Shown: positions 1-9,094, numbered from the stretch's first letter. The stretch is DNA of 32,000 nucleotides from Candidatus Saccharimonadota bacterium (GCA_030429505.1 JAUIFI010000001.1:330001-362000), one strand, 5' to 3'. Translations and numbers: made by a program. Notes: a model not told the origin generated them from the letters alone.

Positions 1-1
1 G

Positions 2-2635
2 ATAGATTTTAAACTAGAGTTCAATCAAAATCTTCTTCCTCAATTTAAAGTACCAAACGGAGAAACGGAAGCAAGCCAACTCAGAAAGCTTTGTGAAGAA
101 AATATTCCAAAGCGATATGGAAAGAGTTCTGTTTCGGAAATCAAAGAAAGGCTTGAGTATGAACTTTCTATTATTGGCAAAATGGGTTTTGAAGCCTATT
201 TCCTTATCGTAGCTGACTTAATAAATTTTGCTCGCAAAAACGAGATCGCAGTCGGACCAGGGCGGGGAAGTGCAGCTGGTTCGATTGTGGCATACCTTCT
301 TGGCATTACAAATATTGACCCCATCAAGTATGAACTTCTCTTCGAACGATTTCTCAATCCAGAAAGAATTTCTATGCCTGATATTGATATTGATTTTTCA
401 GATGAAAGACGAGAAGAAGTCTTTCAATATGTCATAGAAAAATATGGAGCTGAAAAAGTTTCCAAAGTTTGTACTTTTGGAACTTTGAGTGCGAAAGCTG
501 CCCTCAAAGATGTGGGAAGAGCATTAGGGGTTCCCTTTTCTGAAATGAATGCATTTACCAAAATTCTTCCCAACAAGCCAGGATTTATGCTGGAAAATGC
601 TCCTAAAATCCCAGACTTCAAAACCCTCATTGACACGAAATCATATCTGAAAAAAGTCTTTAGCATTGCTCAAAAACTAGAAGGTTGCGTCCGCCATGTT
701 TCCGTTCATGCTTGTGCAGTGATTATCGGTCGAGATGATCTGACTCAATCTACTCCTCTACAATGGGCACCTACTTCAGATCAAGTTAAAATCACACAAT
801 TTCCTTATCAACAACTTGAACATCTTGGACTTCTTAAAATGGACTTCTTAGGACTAAAAAACTTATCAGTCCTAGAAAAAACACTTGTTCACATAAAATC
901 TACCACGAACCAAGACTTGGATTTAAACACAATTCCTATTGATGACACAAAAACATTCGAAATGCTTTCTCGAGGAGAAACTACGGGAGTATTTCAATTT
1001 GAATCATCAGGAATGCGTCGATACTTACGAGATCTTCGTCCGACTGAATTTGAAGATTTAGTCGCTATGAATGCTCTCTATCGTCCTGGTCCTATGGAGT
1101 ACATCCCGATTTATATTCGTGGAAAGCATAATCCTAAAAAAGTTCGCTACGCTCACAAAATACTCAAACCGATTTTACAAAAAACTTACGGTATTGCTGT
1201 CTACCAAGAACAAGTCATGAAAATTGCACAAGTTTTCTCAGGATTCACTCTTGGAGAGGCTGATATTTTGAGGAAAGCCATCGGAAAAAAAATTATCTCC
1301 ATACTCGGAGAACAAAGACAAAAATTTATCAATGGAGCCATCAAAAATGGTTTTGATGAAAAACTTGCTATCAAGATGTTTGATGAGGTGGTCGTTCCAT
1401 TTGCTGGCTATGGGTTTAATCGATCTCATGCAGTCTGCTATGCCAGAATTGCGTACGAAACAGCTTATTTACGAGCCAACTACCCCGTAGAATTCATGTC
1501 CGCCATGATGACTACAGATCGCCATAACACCGACCGGATTGTTCTTGAAATGAATGAATGTCAAAACATGGGTATCGAAGTTCTCCCTCCATCTATTAAT
1601 CAATCAGGCGCTTATTTTACTATTATCAGGCATCCAAACTCTCAAGAACAAACCTCTCTGAAAGATGTATCAGAACCCAAACAAAAAATTCGATTTGGTC
1701 TTATTGCCATAAAAGGTTTAGGGGAAGATCCCGTCAACCAAATTATCCAAGAACGCAAACAAAACGGCTCCTATAAATCGCTCCAGGACTTTGCCCGTCG
1801 AGTTCCAATCAAACTTCTCAACAAAAAGACACTTGAAGCCCTTGCTTTTTCTGGTGCCTTTGATGAGTTTGGCGATCGTAAAGCCATTGTTGATTCGTTA
1901 GATGACTTAGCAAAGTTTGCCAAAGAACACCAAACCAAGACTGAAGCCGGACAAATGGGGCTTTTTGGCGGGATAGACAGTGGTGCGATCGAATTTACCT
2001 TGAAAGATTCAGTAGCCGATAAAAAAGATATTCTTCAGTGGGAACGAGATAGCCTAGGACTTTTTGTATCAGATCATCCTCTCAAAGGACTTGGAGAATA
2101 TTTCAAACGATACGGAAAACTCATTGGACAACTCTCTGAAGAAGAAGATAAAGAGCAAAAGAGGACCATCCATGGCATCGTAACATCTGTACGTAATATT
2201 ATAACGAAAAAAGGAAAACCTATGGCTATTGTCGAAATAGAAGATACTTCTGGAAAAATAGAAGGAGCTATCTTTCCTCAGATATATGAAAAAATAAACA
2301 AAAGTGCGCTAGTTATCGACAGTTTTATCCGAGTGAGAGGCAAGATTGATGAAAGGAATGGAGAACTCACTATCATTATCGATGAAATCAAAGCAGGTAA
2401 TCTCGATGATATTGTCCTGTCAGAAAAAAAACAGAAAGAACCTTTTCTAATAAACATTCCTGACAAAACTCCTCGAGAAAAAGTAGCCGCTTTAAAAGTA
2501 TTTCTTCAGGAAAAAAAAGTAGGAAAAAAAGGATCACCTGTTGAGATTATGATTTCTGGCGAGAGAATTAAACTTCCTTTTATGATTGAAATAACAAAAA
2601 ATATAAAAACAGATATTGATAAGCTTTTTCAGTAG
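2..2635 (+). CDS. dnaE: DNA polymerase III alpha subunit (DnaE), 5'-truncated by the window edge
   Basis: The frame is open from nt 2 (IDFKLEFNQNLLPQFKVPNGETEASQLRKLCEENIPKRYG...), upstream of the tracked ATG at 182. DnaE hallmark motifs are present: MPDIDIDF (catalytic Asp pair), GLLKMDFLGLKNL, ALYRPGPM, VYQEQVMKIAQ and FNRSHAVCYA. A C-terminal OB-fold-like region follows. Stop is TAG at 2633-2635. Confidence 0.95.
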   Translation: MDFKLEFNQNLLPQFKVPNGETEASQLRKLCEENIPKRYGKSSVSEIKERLEYELSIIGKMGFEAYFLIVADLINFARKNEIAVGPGRGSAAGSIVAYLLGITNIDPIKYELLFERFLNPERISMPDIDIDFSDERREEVFQYVIEKYGAEKVSKVCTFGTLSAKAALKDVGRALGVPFSEMNAFTKILPNKPGFMLENAPKIPDFKTLIDTKSYLKKVFSIAQKLEGCVRHVSVHACAVIIGRDDLTQSTPLQWAPTSDQVKITQFPYQQLEHLGLLKMDFLGLKNLSVLEKTLVHIKSTTNQDLDLNTIPIDDTKTFEMLSRGETTGVFQFESSGMRRYLRDLRPTEFEDLVAMNALYRPGPMEYIPIYIRGKHNPKKVRYAHKILKPILQKTYGIAVYQEQVMKIAQVFSGFTLGEADILRKAIGKKIISILGEQRQKFINGAIKNGFDEKLAIKMFDEVVVPFAGYGFNRSHAVCYARIAYETAYLRANYPVEFMSAMMTTDRHNTDRIVLEMNECQNMGIEVLPPSINQSGAYFTIIRHPNSQEQTSLKDVSEPKQKIRFGLIAIKGLGEDPVNQIIQERKQNGSYKSLQDFARRVPIKLLNKKTLEALAFSGAFDEFGDRKAIVDSLDDLAKFAKEHQTKTEAGQMGLFGGIDSGAIEFTLKDSVADKKDILQWERDSLGLFVSDHPLKGLGEYFKRYGKLIGQLSEEEDKEQKRTIHGIVTSVRNIITKKGKPMAIVEIEDTSGKIEGAIFPQIYEKINKSALVIDSFIRVRGKIDERNGELTIIIDEIKAGNLDDIVLSEKKQKEPFLINIPDKTPREKVAALKVFLQEKKVGKKGSPVEIMISGERIKLPFMIEITKNIKTDIDKLFQ

Positions 2636-2686
2636 CTCCAGGATCAACTGGCGAAATGAGAAGGTAGACAAGTCAGAATCACAAAG

Positions 2687-2692
2687 TATGAT
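2687..2692 (+). promoter_or_regulatory. Candidate -10 box (TATGAT) placed 6 nt before ATG 2699, a leaderless-type arrangement
   Basis: The sequence reads aagTATGATtatatcATG. The same 9-mer AAGTATGAT also precedes proS on the minus strand (31984-31992). No Shine-Dalgarno sequence fits in the 6-nt gap. Confidence 0.3.
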
Positions 2693-2698
2693 TATATC

Positions 2699-3667
2699 AT
2701 GAAAGTCCTTATTTTAGCTGGAGGGTTTGCCACAAGACTTTGGCCTCTTACAGAAAAACGAGCAAAACCTTTACTACTTTTAAACGGAAAAACAATTCTG
2801 GCTCATATTTTGGAAAAAATTCCTGAATCATTTGAAATTTTCATTCTCACAAATAAGAGATTTGAAGCTGATTTTCATCAGGAAGTCAAAAAACTAACAC
2901 GAAAAAACACTCAAGTTTTCTGCGAAGATGCCTTTTCTGATGGAGAAAAAATTGGAGCTCTCGGTTCAATTTCTGCTTTTGTAAAATCAGAAAATATCAA
3001 AGAAAATATACTTGTTTTTGCCGGAGATAATCTCTTACCAAATCTCAAAGTTGAACAGCTTTTTCCTGAAGAAGATACGGCAAAACTTGCCGTAAGAGAA
3101 GTAGAATCACTTCATGAAGCTCGAAAGTTTGGGGTAGTTGAAATTGAAACGAAACCAGTACAAAGCAAAACCTGCTTTCGCGTTAAAAATTTCGTAGAAA
3201 AACCTGAGAATCCTCCTTCAAAACTAGTAGCCACCGGTTTTTTAGGTATAGGAAGAGAGCTACTTCCCATCCTGCATAACTTTGCTCAAAAATCTCCTGA
3301 TGCCTTGGGATCGATATTTACGGAGTTTCTTCATCATCAAAAAACCGTTTTAGCAGAAATGATATCCGGAAGCTGGTTTGACGTAGGAAGTTTTGAGACG
3401 TATTTAGCAGCTCATAGAAATCTGCAAAGAAAGCCAATTCATTTCGGAAAAAATATAAAGCAAAGCAGTAATCGTTTTTCTGGAAAAGTATTTATCGGAA
3501 ATGGTTGTACCATTAAAAACTGTCGTATAACCGATAGTATTATTTATCCAGGAACACGTTTAGAAAATTGTCACATTTCTAATACCGTTATTGACGAAAG
3601 TTGTACCTTTACCGGACTCGATCTGAATCAAAAATTAATTCGTCGAAAAACACAATTAGAAAATTAA
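2699..3667 (+). CDS. Sugar-1-phosphate nucleotidyltransferase (NTP_transferase fold plus C-terminal left-handed beta-helix)
   Basis: The N-terminus LILAGGFATRLWPLTEKRAKPLL matches the GGxGTRLxPLT nucleotide-binding signature. VFAGDN and VEKPE motifs are present. The C-terminus shows hexapeptide-repeat-like periodicity (GNGCTIKNCRITDSIIYPGTRLENCHISNTVIDESCTF). Sugar specificity cannot be called from sequence alone. Confidence 0.8.
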   Translation: MKVLILAGGFATRLWPLTEKRAKPLLLLNGKTILAHILEKIPESFEIFILTNKRFEADFHQEVKKLTRKNTQVFCEDAFSDGEKIGALGSISAFVKSENIKENILVFAGDNLLPNLKVEQLFPEEDTAKLAVREVESLHEARKFGVVEIETKPVQSKTCFRVKNFVEKPENPPSKLVATGFLGIGRELLPILHNFAQKSPDALGSIFTEFLHHQKTVLAEMISGSWFDVGSFETYLAAHRNLQRKPIHFGKNIKQSSNRFSGKVFIGNGCTIKNCRITDSIIYPGTRLENCHISNTVIDESCTFTGLDLNQKLIRRKTQLEN

Positions 3668-3700
3668 AAAATTATATCACATCAAAATAACGAATATCGC

Positions 3701-3729
3701 TTGAATAAAAGCCTTTTTTGATGTATAAT
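3701..3729 (+). promoter_or_regulatory. Sigma70-type promoter: TTGAAT - 17 bp - TATAAT
   Basis: TTGAAT lies at 3701-3706 and TATAAT at 3724-3729, with an exact 17-bp spacer ending in a T-tract (cctttttt). ATG 3736 begins 7 nt after the -10 box. Confidence 0.5.
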
Positions 3730-3735
3730 GAAAAG

Positions 3736-4272
3736 ATGAGGTCAAAATCCAAAAAGAAACCAGAAGAAGTCACAGAAAACCTCCATATGGTCCCTAATAT
3801 TTTTTCCTGGGAAGCATATGATTACCATCCTCACACTCGCGGTTGGGTATGGATTTTTATTTTTTCTCTTATCGTTTTTGGGAGCGCTATAGCAGTGCTT
3901 CTTTGGGGAGGGCATTCAGGGAGTGATTGGTTTATGGCTTTCACTTTCTTTTTAGCAGCAGCAGCTTATTTTTGGACACATCGAAAAGGTGAGTCAATGC
4001 ATCAAGTTCAGATATTTCCCAAAGCGCTTGTAGTTGATAACCAAATATACCCCCTCAAGGAGTTTGAAGGATATTGGTTTGTTTATAATGAAACTGCGTC
4101 AATCATCCATTTCCAAATCATAGATAAACGAAGAGACCGAAAACTCTCTTTACAAATGGGAAATCAAAAACCACAAACACTCAGGAAATATCTTGCTAAG
4201 ACTAATCTACCAGAGCTTACCGAGAAAAAAGAAAGTTTGCTCGACCTTTGGATCAGAGCCTTAAAACTATAA
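3736..4272 (+). CDS. Small two-TM membrane protein, function unknown
   Basis: The ORF track starts at TTG 3718. I prefer in-frame ATG 3736 because the promoter at 3701-3729 lies inside the longer version. A FSWEAYDY motif is followed by two hydrophobic helices (WVWIFIFSLIVFGSAIAVLLW; WFMAFTFFLAAAAYFW) and a soluble C-terminal domain of about 100 aa. Its stop is 4 nt before the next ATG. Confidence 0.7.
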   Translation: MRSKSKKKPEEVTENLHMVPNIFSWEAYDYHPHTRGWVWIFIFSLIVFGSAIAVLLWGGHSGSDWFMAFTFFLAAAAYFWTHRKGESMHQVQIFPKALVVDNQIYPLKEFEGYWFVYNETASIIHFQIIDKRRDRKLSLQMGNQKPQTLRKYLAKTNLPELTEKKESLLDLWIRALKL

Positions 4273-4276
4273 TTTC

Positions 4277-6538
4277 ATGGGAGATCAAAAAAAAGTTTAT
4301 CAATATCCAACAAACAATAGCGAAAAAAACCAAGAAGAAAGCAACTATGAAGTTGTAACAACGAGTATGGTTCAATCAAGCTTAGAAGAAGCAGAAACAG
4401 CTCAAGAATCCTTGGTTAAAATGAGGGAATTAAGAACTCAATTTTTAGAACGCAGAAGAATCAATACCCTTAATGAAGTTTTTACCGCCATACAAAATGA
4501 TATTGATGAGACCATACAAAATAGTATCAACCTAGAACCAGAAAGCTTTCGTCTTTTCCTTCAACAATATATGTCTTCACAGACAGACCAAGAAAAAGAG
4601 CAATTATTCCAAAGTGATCTTTCTATCTGGCAGAATGACAAGGAATTTCAAGAAGACCTGAGAAAATTAGAAGAAGCAGTTGAAAAAAAGGTAGAAGAAC
4701 ACGTAGATCCAACTTTTTCGCAGATGGTGGGAAATAGTTTTAAATCAGGATGGCAAAATATAAAACAAAGCGGAGAAAATATTAAAACGGCTTATCAAGA
4801 AGCACCGAGTGAATTTGATCCAGATGGGGCTTGGCTCGGTCTGGTTGGGGGATATGCCTCTATTTTCAAAGACAATGTCACTCCCAAAACATTTTTCATA
4901 GCGGCAGGTATTACAGGAGCCTTAGGAGCTTTTCCTAAAGTAGCTGTTCCTGTTTTTACCGCTGCAGAAGAAGGGCTGAAATTAACTGGAAAATTCGGTC
5001 GCACTCTAGGAGGTGCTTGGTATAACTTTTGGATGTCTTTCTCTCGAGAAGACTATATCTGGGAAAATCCTAAACGTCTTTTTGATGGAAACAGAGAATC
5101 GACTCGAGGACAAATGCACTTAACTCAGAATTTTTATGAACTCGATCAGACCACAGAAAAGTTTGTACCAGATGAAATGAAAGGATGGTATCTGAAGTTA
5201 ATAAAAGGAAAAGAGAAACTCACCCCTGCAGAAATAGCTCAAGCTGCAGAATTCTCAGCACAAGTTTTTGATTCAGACATAACTCTAGATCCTGAAGAGT
5301 ACGATCATCTTTACTTTGAATACATAAGATCCGGAGAATGGAATCAAAAAACTGTCAATCAAATGAGACAAGCAATGATTACGGCTTATGTAGGGAGAAC
5401 TATGGATCACTTTTTATCCACAGAAAATGAAGAAGAATATCAAAAGTTTGAAAAAGTATTTCTCGATACGAGAGCAAGTAATAAAGGAATGAGGGAGATG
5501 AGACAGTCAGGTATAAATGTACCAGTTTCTTTTACAGAAAAGAAACTTGAAAGCATGTTTCAAAATACTATTACCAAGGACTTTGCCAAAGTTGAACGCA
5601 AAGGAATTGGTGGTTTTTTAGAAGGGAATGGACTGGGAGACATTTTGGCAGTCTTTGCCATGATCGCAAGTGCAATAACAGGATTAACAGCAGCAACAAC
5701 CTCTTGGAACAAATGGAGAAAAGAGCAAAAAGAAAAAAAAGAAGACAAAAATAAAGACATTATTTCCAGACATAACAAAAAGAAAATACATACCCTTTTA
5801 GACAAAAAGAAAAAAAATCCCAAGCATGTACGAGCTCTACTAGCCCTTTTAGTAGATAGCAAAGTCATAACTAAAAACGCTAAGAAAAAAGTTATGGCTC
5901 AATTTAATGCTCGAAGGTTATTCAATAAAGGGAGAAGTAAAAAAAACGCTGCTGCTCAAGATTTTTTTCACCATCTTTCTACTGGTCCTTTCAGAAATGC
6001 ATTAAATGGAAGTATCGCTGGTGTTGCCAGCGCCTTTTGGAGTACTCTCAATCAGTCAGAATACTTCAGAGGTTTTGATCGAGCAGACATTGAACGTCCC
6101 TCGAAACTTGCTGCTAATTTTGAATCACTCAAACGCAGAATTCATAAAGAAAGTGCTGAAACTATTCATGTCACTACCAATCATGGATCATTTACCATTT
6201 CCAATATCAAAACCGGTTGGGGAACCGGATGGATCAATAGCTTGAACGACCTACGGCGGGAAGTGCCATCTCTATTTACCAAAGATAAATTTCTCTTTAT
6301 TGGAACTATAGAAGGAGAACCTAATCCATCTAAATTGGTCTTTTCTCGAAAAAAATACGGACTTGGCAATACCTTTGCTCTCTATAAAGTAGACCTAAAA
6401 AATCAAACAAAAAATAAAGATGCTACAATGAAGGGAAGAAATCTCTTACGAGTATCCAAAAACTATAAAGTAACCGCTATGACCTTTGGAGCAGCTCCAG
6501 AAGATTTTGGTAATCAGACCACACCACCTCCAGCATAA
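4277..6538 (+). CDS. 753-aa membrane-associated protein, function unknown
   Basis: Long intact ORF with no signal peptide and an acidic, coiled-coil-like N-terminus of about 185 aa. Gly/Ala-rich hydrophobic segments follow (AWLGLVGGYASIF, FFIAAGITGALGAF). A clear TM (ILAVFAMIASAITGLTAATTSW) leads directly into a Lys-rich stretch at 5708-5950. No catalytic motifs recognised. Confidence 0.75.
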   Translation: MGDQKKVYQYPTNNSEKNQEESNYEVVTTSMVQSSLEEAETAQESLVKMRELRTQFLERRRINTLNEVFTAIQNDIDETIQNSINLEPESFRLFLQQYMSSQTDQEKEQLFQSDLSIWQNDKEFQEDLRKLEEAVEKKVEEHVDPTFSQMVGNSFKSGWQNIKQSGENIKTAYQEAPSEFDPDGAWLGLVGGYASIFKDNVTPKTFFIAAGITGALGAFPKVAVPVFTAAEEGLKLTGKFGRTLGGAWYNFWMSFSREDYIWENPKRLFDGNRESTRGQMHLTQNFYELDQTTEKFVPDEMKGWYLKLIKGKEKLTPAEIAQAAEFSAQVFDSDITLDPEEYDHLYFEYIRSGEWNQKTVNQMRQAMITAYVGRTMDHFLSTENEEEYQKFEKVFLDTRASNKGMREMRQSGINVPVSFTEKKLESMFQNTITKDFAKVERKGIGGFLEGNGLGDILAVFAMIASAITGLTAATTSWNKWRKEQKEKKEDKNKDIISRHNKKKIHTLLDKKKKNPKHVRALLALLVDSKVITKNAKKKVMAQFNARRLFNKGRSKKNAAAQDFFHHLSTGPFRNALNGSIAGVASAFWSTLNQSEYFRGFDRADIERPSKLAANFESLKRRIHKESAETIHVTTNHGSFTISNIKTGWGTGWINSLNDLRREVPSLFTKDKFLFIGTIEGEPNPSKLVFSRKKYGLGNTFALYKVDLKNQTKNKDATMKGRNLLRVSKNYKVTAMTFGAAPEDFGNQTTPPPA

Positions 6539-6594
6539 AAAAATTTCCCTTCGATAAGAAAGAATAAAACCCTGTATTATTCATTAATTCAGCC

Positions 6595-6623
6595 TTGTTT
6601 TAGACTCTTTTTTGTGGTATAAT
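6595..6623 (+). promoter_or_regulatory. Extended -10 promoter: TTGTTT - 17 bp - (TGg)TATAAT
   Basis: TTGTTT lies at 6595-6600 and TGGTATAAT at 6615-6623, preceded by the T-tract ctctttttt. ATG 6643 is 19 nt after the -10 box. Confidence 0.5.
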
Positions 6624-6642
6624 AACGAGATTTAAGCATGCT

Positions 6643-8967
6643 ATGAAAAGGTTTTTTTCTCTCAAAAATATTGGTCTTGCCTTCCTGTTTTTTGGATTAC
6701 TTACTTGGATAGATCCGGGAACGATAGCGTTTGCTCAAGCTAATCCAACTCTCCAGTCATTTGCCAGCATATTGTCACATGTAATTCGTATGCTGACGTT
6801 TTTTACTTTGCTTTTTATTAATTTCGGAGGAGATTTACTGGGGGTCGAATACATTACTGGGGATATTCCTCTTGGAACGATCACAAACTTATGGATTGTT
6901 ATCAGAAATATTACCAACGTCATATTTGTAGTTATTCTACTATTTTTGGTATTTTCTAATATGTTTTCCTTTGGAAGTAATAGTAATTGGACTATCAAGG
7001 AAAAACTTCCTCGGGTAATTATCGCTCTGATTGCAATTAATTTTTCTCTTTTAGCCTTTAAGGTTGTAATCGATGGTGTTAATGTTGGTACCAATGTGAT
7101 TTTATCGATTCCCCAAAGCGTACTAGCTAATCAAGACCGAGATAGTATCAAAAAACTCCTTGAACAAGGAGTAGATGAAGATGGTGATCACTGCCATCCT
7201 CCGCACGATCCAAGTCAGCCAGACCCTTTTCCAGTAGGGCATACATATGCAGGGTTACCTAATAATCCCAACTGTAAAGAATTCTATAAACGTTTTAATG
7301 AGCTCCTTTGTCCTAGTGGGGATTATCTTTATGATGATCAATGTGTCGTGTATCTCAACCCGCCCACGACTATTCTTGCCAATAGCCAGGCAGCTCATAA
7401 CTTGATGCTGGCTTTTGGTGTTTATTTGTACCGTCTTGAACAATTACCTGCCTTAGCTGCTCAAATCGGTTCTTGGAGTGGAGTTGTCACCAATGTACTC
7501 TTTTCGGGAATTATGACTCTGGCCTTTTTTGTATCACTCTTAGCTGTATTTATTGTTCTTATTTTTAGGGTTGTAGCCCTCTGGATTTTTATGGTTTTTT
7601 CTCCCTTGATAATTGCGGCAGCTATCATGGGAATAAGTAAGGGAGGGGAAGGTTCGAAAAAATTCATCACCTACCTTCTTATACCACTCAAAGTGGCAGC
7701 AGCATTTTCCGTAACCTTTATCATGATTTCTGCTATGGTGGGTTTTACACCTCCAGGGAGCCCGGTATTCGTGTTTTTAGGTCCACCTCTTAGTGGGTTT
7801 GGTAATGGTATGACAGGGATACTCTGGCAAATTGCCACTATTGGAATTTTCTGGAAACTGGCTTTCTGGGCAGTTGAAGGAACAGAAGCTAAATTCATAG
7901 TTGATAGCATCAAGGGGGGAGCGGAAAGACTTGGAACAGCTGTTGCTAGATATGCTACCATCGATCGTCCTGTTATTCCTTATGTCAGAAGAGATGGTAC
8001 CACAGGAAGAGTGGGACTTAGTGCATTTATTGCTCCTCCACATGGGCAACAGGGTATTTTGGGACAAATTGCCAGTAAACTCGAGAGACAAGCCAGAGGG
8101 CATAATACGGAATTTTTCCGAGAGTTGGGTTTTTTGGAAGAAGCTATGGATAGAAATAGAGAATCTTTAGAGAGACTAAGAACACAAATGCGTTCAGCCA
8201 ATGGACCAAATGCTGTAGGGCAAGCAACGAAGACAGCCTTACAGGAAGTTGGGATTGATGATCTTGGTACAGAAGTAGGGACACAACTCAAAGCAGCTAT
8301 TAAGGAAAAACTAGATGCAGGAATTGTAAACTTAAATGCTGCTAATCAAGCTATTCTGGATAACTTTGGAAATGCTGGGGTGGTGATAACAGATACGCAA
8401 TTAGCAAACTTAGTAAATGATCTTGCAGACAGAAATATTGCTACTAATGCTGACTTTACTCAAGAAGGAACAAACGAAGGAGCCGGAGCTGGGGCTCCAC
8501 CACCAGCTCCACCAGCCCCTTATGCACATGCAAACACATTCGCTAATATTCCCGATTTGATTGCTGATATTCAAGATCCTGCAACAGGAAATACAGTTCA
8601 AAGGCAAGATTTAGGTAAAATGGCGCGAGATGCTGGAGTAAACATTGCAACACTTAAATCAGAACTTGCTTCTAATAACATTACAATACAAGCTTCAAAT
8701 GATACAAACATAAACGTAGATGCTTCAGGAGGACCAGCTGCTACCAAAATTAATAGTGGAGACAATATTACTGCTGCCAACATTCTTGATCAAATCAAAA
8801 CAGCCGAGCGATCCGTTGATTACAACAATACTGAGTGGGAACATATATATGAAGCAATTAAGGGGCAAACAGTAGCAGGAGAAATAATTGACCCATCAAA
8901 AGTAGGAGCAGATCGGGCTCCATACATAAGAAATTTATTTGTCACCAAGGGGTGGATACCAGCTTAA
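6643..8967 (+). CDS. 774-aa polytopic membrane protein with a large soluble C-terminal tail, function unknown
   Basis: N-terminal signal/anchor (LKNIGLAFLFFGLLTWIDPGTIAFAQA). About 8-9 hydrophobic helices lie in the first 410 aa or so. A hydrophilic loop between them holds all four Cys residues of the protein. The C-terminal tail is about 360 aa and contains an AGAGAPPPAPPAP linker. The topology resembles VirB6/TrbL-type proteins, but this cannot be verified here. Confidence 0.75.
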   Translation: MKRFFSLKNIGLAFLFFGLLTWIDPGTIAFAQANPTLQSFASILSHVIRMLTFFTLLFINFGGDLLGVEYITGDIPLGTITNLWIVIRNITNVIFVVILLFLVFSNMFSFGSNSNWTIKEKLPRVIIALIAINFSLLAFKVVIDGVNVGTNVILSIPQSVLANQDRDSIKKLLEQGVDEDGDHCHPPHDPSQPDPFPVGHTYAGLPNNPNCKEFYKRFNELLCPSGDYLYDDQCVVYLNPPTTILANSQAAHNLMLAFGVYLYRLEQLPALAAQIGSWSGVVTNVLFSGIMTLAFFVSLLAVFIVLIFRVVALWIFMVFSPLIIAAAIMGISKGGEGSKKFITYLLIPLKVAAAFSVTFIMISAMVGFTPPGSPVFVFLGPPLSGFGNGMTGILWQIATIGIFWKLAFWAVEGTEAKFIVDSIKGGAERLGTAVARYATIDRPVIPYVRRDGTTGRVGLSAFIAPPHGQQGILGQIASKLERQARGHNTEFFRELGFLEEAMDRNRESLERLRTQMRSANGPNAVGQATKTALQEVGIDDLGTEVGTQLKAAIKEKLDAGIVNLNAANQAILDNFGNAGVVITDTQLANLVNDLADRNIATNADFTQEGTNEGAGAGAPPPAPPAPYAHANTFANIPDLIADIQDPATGNTVQRQDLGKMARDAGVNIATLKSELASNNITIQASNDTNINVDASGGPAATKINSGDNITAANILDQIKTAERSVDYNNTEWEHIYEAIKGQTVAGEIIDPSKVGADRAPYIRNLFVTKGWIPA

Positions 8968-8980
8968 TTTGTTCTTTCGA

Positions 8981-9003
8981 CTGAAAATTTCAGAGCGTTT
9001 TTT
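8981..9003 (+). terminator. Weak hairpin plus T-run after the 774-aa gene
   Basis: ctgaaaatttcag (AT-rich palindrome, tiny loop) is followed by agcgtttttt. The stem is short and weak, so read-through is likely. Confidence 0.2.
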
Positions 9004-9073
9004 GACAAAAAATATAAAAATATCATAGTAATATCAAACAAACTCAAAATACCTAGTATTTTTCGCTCTTTTC

Positions 9074-9082
9074 TGGTATAAT
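9074..9082 (+). promoter_or_regulatory. Extended -10 promoter element TGGTATAAT
   Basis: The context cgctcttttcTGGTATAATgaagggataaacATG shares its T-tract + TGGTATAAT core with the sites at 6615 and 28102. There is no good -35 at 17 bp. A consensus TTGACA at 9002-9007 may belong to a second, upstream promoter. Confidence 0.45.
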
Positions 9083-9094
9083 GAAGGGATAAAC

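Noticed and set aside
4268-4273. TATAAT hexamer just before the 753-aa gene
   Set aside because: It ends only 3 nt before ATG 4277 and overlaps the stop codon of the upstream gene. There is no room for a transcription start ahead of the ATG. The 4-nt gap is more simply explained by co-transcription and coupling.
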